This document shows, piece by piece, positions 61,201 to 64,000 of a stretch of DNA of 64,000 bases (its first letter is position 1; each line of letters opens with the position of its first letter). The stretch is taken from positions 352,001-416,000 of the forward strand of contig JBDHZC010000002.1 in NCBI GenBank assembly GCA_039811685.1. Direction: 5' to 3'. The position numbers were made by a program, and so were the translations under genes. This DNA is from Armatimonadota bacterium (GTDB lineage Bacteria; Armatimonadota; UBA5829; DSUL01). Under the pieces are notes generated by a model, which saw nothing but the letters and a program-made list of their open reading frames with translations, was not told the DNA's origin and ran no database searches.

Positions 61201-62997
61201 TCGACGGTCCCAGTCCACCGTCTTGATTTTGAAGCGCACAGTCTCACCCGGCCGGTAAACGTAGCGCAAAGGTTCGGGCTGGACGGCAAAATCCGCCGGG
61301 ACCACGTTAGCTCCGGCCGAAGCGCTGACTTCCTTCATAGTTGGGTCCACAACGCGCGCTTCAACTACATAGCGGGACTGATGCTCCTCGCCCTGGGTAT
61401 CGATCTCGGTCTTGAAGTCTCCGTTGTCGTCAGTCACGCCGCGCCCTTCCCTGACGACCTCCCCGTAACCGCCGTAGTCATATCCGTAGTCACCCTCATT
61501 GAACCAGCTCTCGTACTCGTTGTCGTAGTCCCAGAAAGTCCAGTCGGAACGATAGACGGTGTAGGTGACTTCCGCGTTGGCGACCGGAGCGCCGAAGTAG
61601 TAGTTCGCGCGTACAGAGACCGGTATCTTCTGCCCGCGAATGTAGTACGGCTTCGGAATTGCGACGGCGACGGCATATTCAGGCTTGCGATACTCTTCGA
61701 TGGCAAAGCTCGCCTGGAAGCGCGAGTTGGAAGCCTGGTCTGCCTCCCCTGAGAACACGACCCCGACTGTGTAACTGCCGAGCTCTGCTTCCTCGGGAGA
61801 AACCCAGCTACCGTAAGCGGTGCCCTGATCGCTTGCTACAGCGCTGACGCGGGCCACTATCTGACCCTGTGGCGCGCGGATGAGAAACTCCACATTCCCG
61901 CTTGTCCGCTTCTGGTATCCGCTGCCTGTCCAACGGCGGAAGATTCCCTTGAAATGGACAGTGTGTCCGGGGCGGTAGATGGGGCGGTCCGTATAGAGAA
62001 GCTGATCCTGATCGAAGTGATAGTCACCCATGTACGACCCGGTCATAGCCACGGACTTGCCCGAGCGCGCTATGATGGCGGCGCTTTCCGGGCCTGTGAA
62101 CTCACTGCGCCAGAGACCGTCCTCGCCGGTGACACCTGAGAGCAGCTTATGGGACCCCGTATAGACCTCGACTGAGGTATCTTTCAACGGACTGCCGCTC
62201 TTGATGTCCGCAGCCCACACCAGCAGACTCCCTCTGTCTCGCTTTACGACAACGGAAAGGTTGGTAATATTGACAGGGTCTGCGCTGACCATCCTTCCGA
62301 GAAAACCAACGACTATGTAAGTCCCAGGCTCGCTGATTGTGGGGATGGCGGGCCAGCCCGTGAAGCTACCATCCATTTCTGAGGTGCGGTAGGCGCGATC
62401 CCACTGTTCTAAAGGTTGAATGGAGTCCGTGAGACTTTTCAGAAATCTCTCCTGAAAGCTCTGCCCGTCCTGGCTGCGCTCCAGCCGGGCGCGGACAAGA
62501 TCGTAGGGATAGACAGCGAAGTGAATCTGCGCGAGCTCGGCGTCCCAGACGCCGTTGACTGTGAGGTGCTTTCGAGAGCCCGGCACGGCGGTTCTGGGGT
62601 AATTGACGCTCAGATTGAGGGAGTTGTGCGCCGGATAGAGCACTATGTCCGGGACTCGCAGCGTCCGCCCCTCAGTAAGAGAGCCTGACTCCTGCGTCGA
62701 CTCCGAAAATCCCCGTCTGCCTGCGGTAATCTCGTGGTAGCCCACGGGTGTCTGTGGCGCCCGCCACTCGCCGTCTTCGTCAGTGCGCACGTGGCGGTAC
62801 TCATCAGGGACGGTTGTGGGGACGGTTACAAACGCCCGGGCGATCGGCCTGCCCTGGTCGTCTATCACGCGCCCGCGCAGAATGCCGACCCGAGGCTCTC
62901 CGGCCACTGTCATTGTGAGTAACCCGGCAGTGATCGCCAGGGCGAAACCCAGAAGAACGACCCCTGCCCAGGGCCGCCGAATTCTTACACCCGCCAT
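58273..62997 (-). CDS. Bacterial alpha-2-macroglobulin
   Basis: TDRPIYRPG (MG2), IEEYRKPEY, VVDESIY, VRKYFPDTAYW, PDSLTTWR, thioester motif YPWGCVEQ (CVEQ at 59722-59733) and W.STRDTA. Confidence 0.96.
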   Translation of the reverse strand: MAGVRIRRPWAGVVLLGFALAITAGLLTMTVAGEPRVGILRGRVIDDQGRPIARAFVTVPTTVPDEYRHVRTDEDGEWRAPQTPVGYHEITAGRRGFSESTQESGSLTEGRTLRVPDIVLYPAHNSLNLSVNYPRTAVPGSRKHLTVNGVWDAELAQIHFAVYPYDLVRARLERSQDGQSFQERFLKSLTDSIQPLEQWDRAYRTSEMDGSFTGWPAIPTISEPGTYIVVGFLGRMVSADPVNITNLSVVVKRDRGSLLVWAADIKSGSPLKDTSVEVYTGSHKLLSGVTGEDGLWRSEFTGPESAAIIARSGKSVAMTGSYMGDYHFDQDQLLYTDRPIYRPGHTVHFKGIFRRWTGSGYQKRTSGNVEFLIRAPQGQIVARVSAVASDQGTAYGSWVSPEEAELGSYTVGVVFSGEADQASNSRFQASFAIEEYRKPEYAVAVAIPKPYYIRGQKIPVSVRANYYFGAPVANAEVTYTVYRSDWTFWDYDNEYESWFNEGDYGYDYGGYGEVVREGRGVTDDNGDFKTEIDTQGEEHQSRYVVEARVVDPTMKEVSASAGANVVPADFAVQPEPLRYVYRPGETVRFKIKTVDWDRRIVPDKPIDVVIERADWRGGKEIRRQVGTGSARTDAGGLATLSWKATAQGQLVFTFRAKDSAGRTAQAEAYVYVGTEAFWEESSSSEEALTIVPDKKMYQKGDTAHILIKSNHPSATLLLTVEGEKLYEARVVRTKGAAYMLDLPIENDYLPSVTLVCTLLADRQIQSQETGIAISPQDSLLTVKITSNKQRYQPGEKATYTIETLNASGHGVPAEVSLGVVDESIYALRNDSTPDIQKYFWGPRSNNVNTSNSLEDYYYGGLDKFENKVRKYFPDTAYWNPVIKTDSLGVATVSFTMPDSLTTWRATARAVTDTTAVGAGTQKVTVTKDLIVRLQVPRFFRQRDTQTLGAVVHNYTGARKKVSVRLTARGLKLRSGTVRSATVEANGTARVEFPVEVTTPGEATLLAEAITDDRSAVDRLQMSFPVYPHGARMFRDASGGASGEEGASVALSMDRDGQLSGAALRIDLTPSAAGAVIQALGYLATYPWGCVEQTVSSFVPDVLVQQALTNLGAPVDEKTRAELPKMIAHGLRKLREMQHSDGSFGWYSETDADVGMTAYALLGLVQAREAGVSIPSGMIESAASWLGRHMRQPLPPRPTAQDRPKAQPRYLATLEDRAYAVMALAASGGFDIQSFDALYAKRSEMSVFGVACLGMAASSAGRGAALAEIASLLEKRAKRSEGLLLWHNEQTSNYWSDYAATAMAMRVLSRAGRPVDALEPAARYLAERRSGGYWVSTRDTALCTLALLEHLERVQPVTYSANVQVNGRSVGTFDVTREDYFRRPKSFIIENSKLNRGVNRIVITKSGSGPLFWTANLSYLSSREDVPAQKGFFTVERNLLRVKLTRAGVGDDGAPKYTEDTQPVRGRIKVGEVVRVQIKIRGKGDASYVLVDNPLPSGFEVMHPEREWDNSYSGLEIHDEKVGAFVRFMSGAEREISFDVRAEVPGDLHVMPCQAYSMYQPLMSGSSSEDRLSVR

Positions 62998-63458
62998 ATC
63001 CCCGTTTTCAACCTCGATTTACAGTTATCTGTTAGACCACGTTCCGCGTCGCTTCGGTGCGGGTGAATGATAGCACGCCTGAGCGCCGGATACCAGACCC
63101 TGCAAGAGTTGTGCGAAGGCAAACGGAAAGGCAATCTGAAACAGACTTCGGACGCGGGCGCAGGGATGGAGTCTCACTCGGTTGACATGACGTGGCGAAG
63201 AGGGTAAAGACTAGGAAGCCCGGTGCACAATTTCCAGAGTGGATTCTGGCTGTCGCCAGGCGCGCCACCCCAACTTTTCACGACTTCGCAGCCCGATTTT
63301 GCACAGACACGTCAGTGTGACTTGTTCTTTTCGGGTGAACGCAAAGGCGCAGGCAACCCGTCTTGTGTGGTACAGGTGTGTCAGTCGGTGGCGTAGGCGC
63401 CGGGCGCTGAGACACCGGCGATAGTAGACTACAAGAGCACAGAGGAGGACACAAGACT

Positions 63459-63701
63459 GTGGCTTATGTCATCACAGAACCCTGTATCGGGGTGAAGGAC
63501 AGGTCCTGCGTTGAGGCTTGTCCTGTAGACTGCATCCATGGAACCGACGACGATCCGCAACTCTACATCGATCCAGAAGTCTGTATCGACTGCGGCGCCT
63601 GCGAACCCGTTTGCCCGGTAAACGCTATTTATCCGGACTACAACGTGCCAGACGACCAGCAGAAGTACATCCAGATCAATGCGGAGTACTATCAGAAGTA
63701 G
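63459..63701 (+). CDS. Dicluster ferredoxin (7Fe/8Fe, FdxA type)
   Basis: GGAGG RBS; MAYVITEPC...CVEACPVDCI...CIDCGACEPVCPV. Confidence 0.95.
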   Translation: MAYVITEPCIGVKDRSCVEACPVDCIHGTDDDPQLYIDPEVCIDCGACEPVCPVNAIYPDYNVPDDQQKYIQINAEYYQK

Positions 63702-63832
63702 CTGCGCTCAACACTGAGAGCGCCAGCAAGCTACCACAAACAGCGAAAGGCCTGCCGAGATTTCCAAAAAACTTGCGCCGGCACTACCGCTGAAAGCCAA
63801 TATCTGAGAAGCAACAGCCTCTCACTCTGACG

Positions 63833-63879
63833 AGCCTCCTCGATCAGCCACTCTGATTCGGGGAGGTTTCTGTTTTTTT
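63833..63879 (+). terminator. Intrinsic terminator
   Basis: AGCCTCCTCG...CGGGGAGGTT stem followed by TCTGTTTTTTT. Confidence 0.7.
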
Positions 63880-64000
63880 GCCCCACAGCAACCTCCAAGG
63901 CAACTTTTTACACGGCGAGCGCGCCATTCCCCTGTGAGCTTTTGGCCTGATACACTGCTTCGGCTGCATCCGGCGCGATTGACGCTTTGATGGGCAGATG

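Noticed and set aside
63115..63190. c-di-GMP-I riboswitch-like GGCAAAC...GAAA...GACGC
   Set aside because: It lacks GACGCAAA and a recognisable second stem with the tetraloop receptor. Only cmscan could rescue it.

Overview
This is a GC-rich bacterial chromosome segment, gene-dense, with no rRNA, tRNA, CRISPR array or mobile element that I could detect. The gene repertoire and protein styles suggest a diderm Terrabacteria lineage, most likely Armatimonadota (inference). Housekeeping genes are rarA (partial), mfd, ftsK, gltX, gyrB, greA, msrB and a ferredoxin. Other loci are a DUF1800/DUF1501 pair, a CHAD-Ppx-HD-Ppx-EamA polyphosphate operon, an rmlC-rmlB-gmhB operon ending in an SLH/Wzi-like gene, several secreted carbohydrate-active proteins, a TetR-EmrAB efflux operon and an alpha-2-macroglobulin-VanW operon. 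The most unusual signals are: (1) a 557-aa membrane protein that aligns helix by helix with membrane pyrophosphatases (HppA) but lacks the cytoplasmic catalytic loops, lying tail-to-tail with the A2M-VanW operon; (2) candidate structured ncRNAs at about 29.67-29.80 kb (with its own promoter) and in the 1-kb gap before gyrB; (3) two amidohydrolases lacking most metal ligands, coupled to gltX; (4) a protein with several RpoE-delta/HARE-HTH-like repeats; (5) split and fused Ppx-HD copies side by side. All family assignments come from motif recognition by eye. No searches were run.
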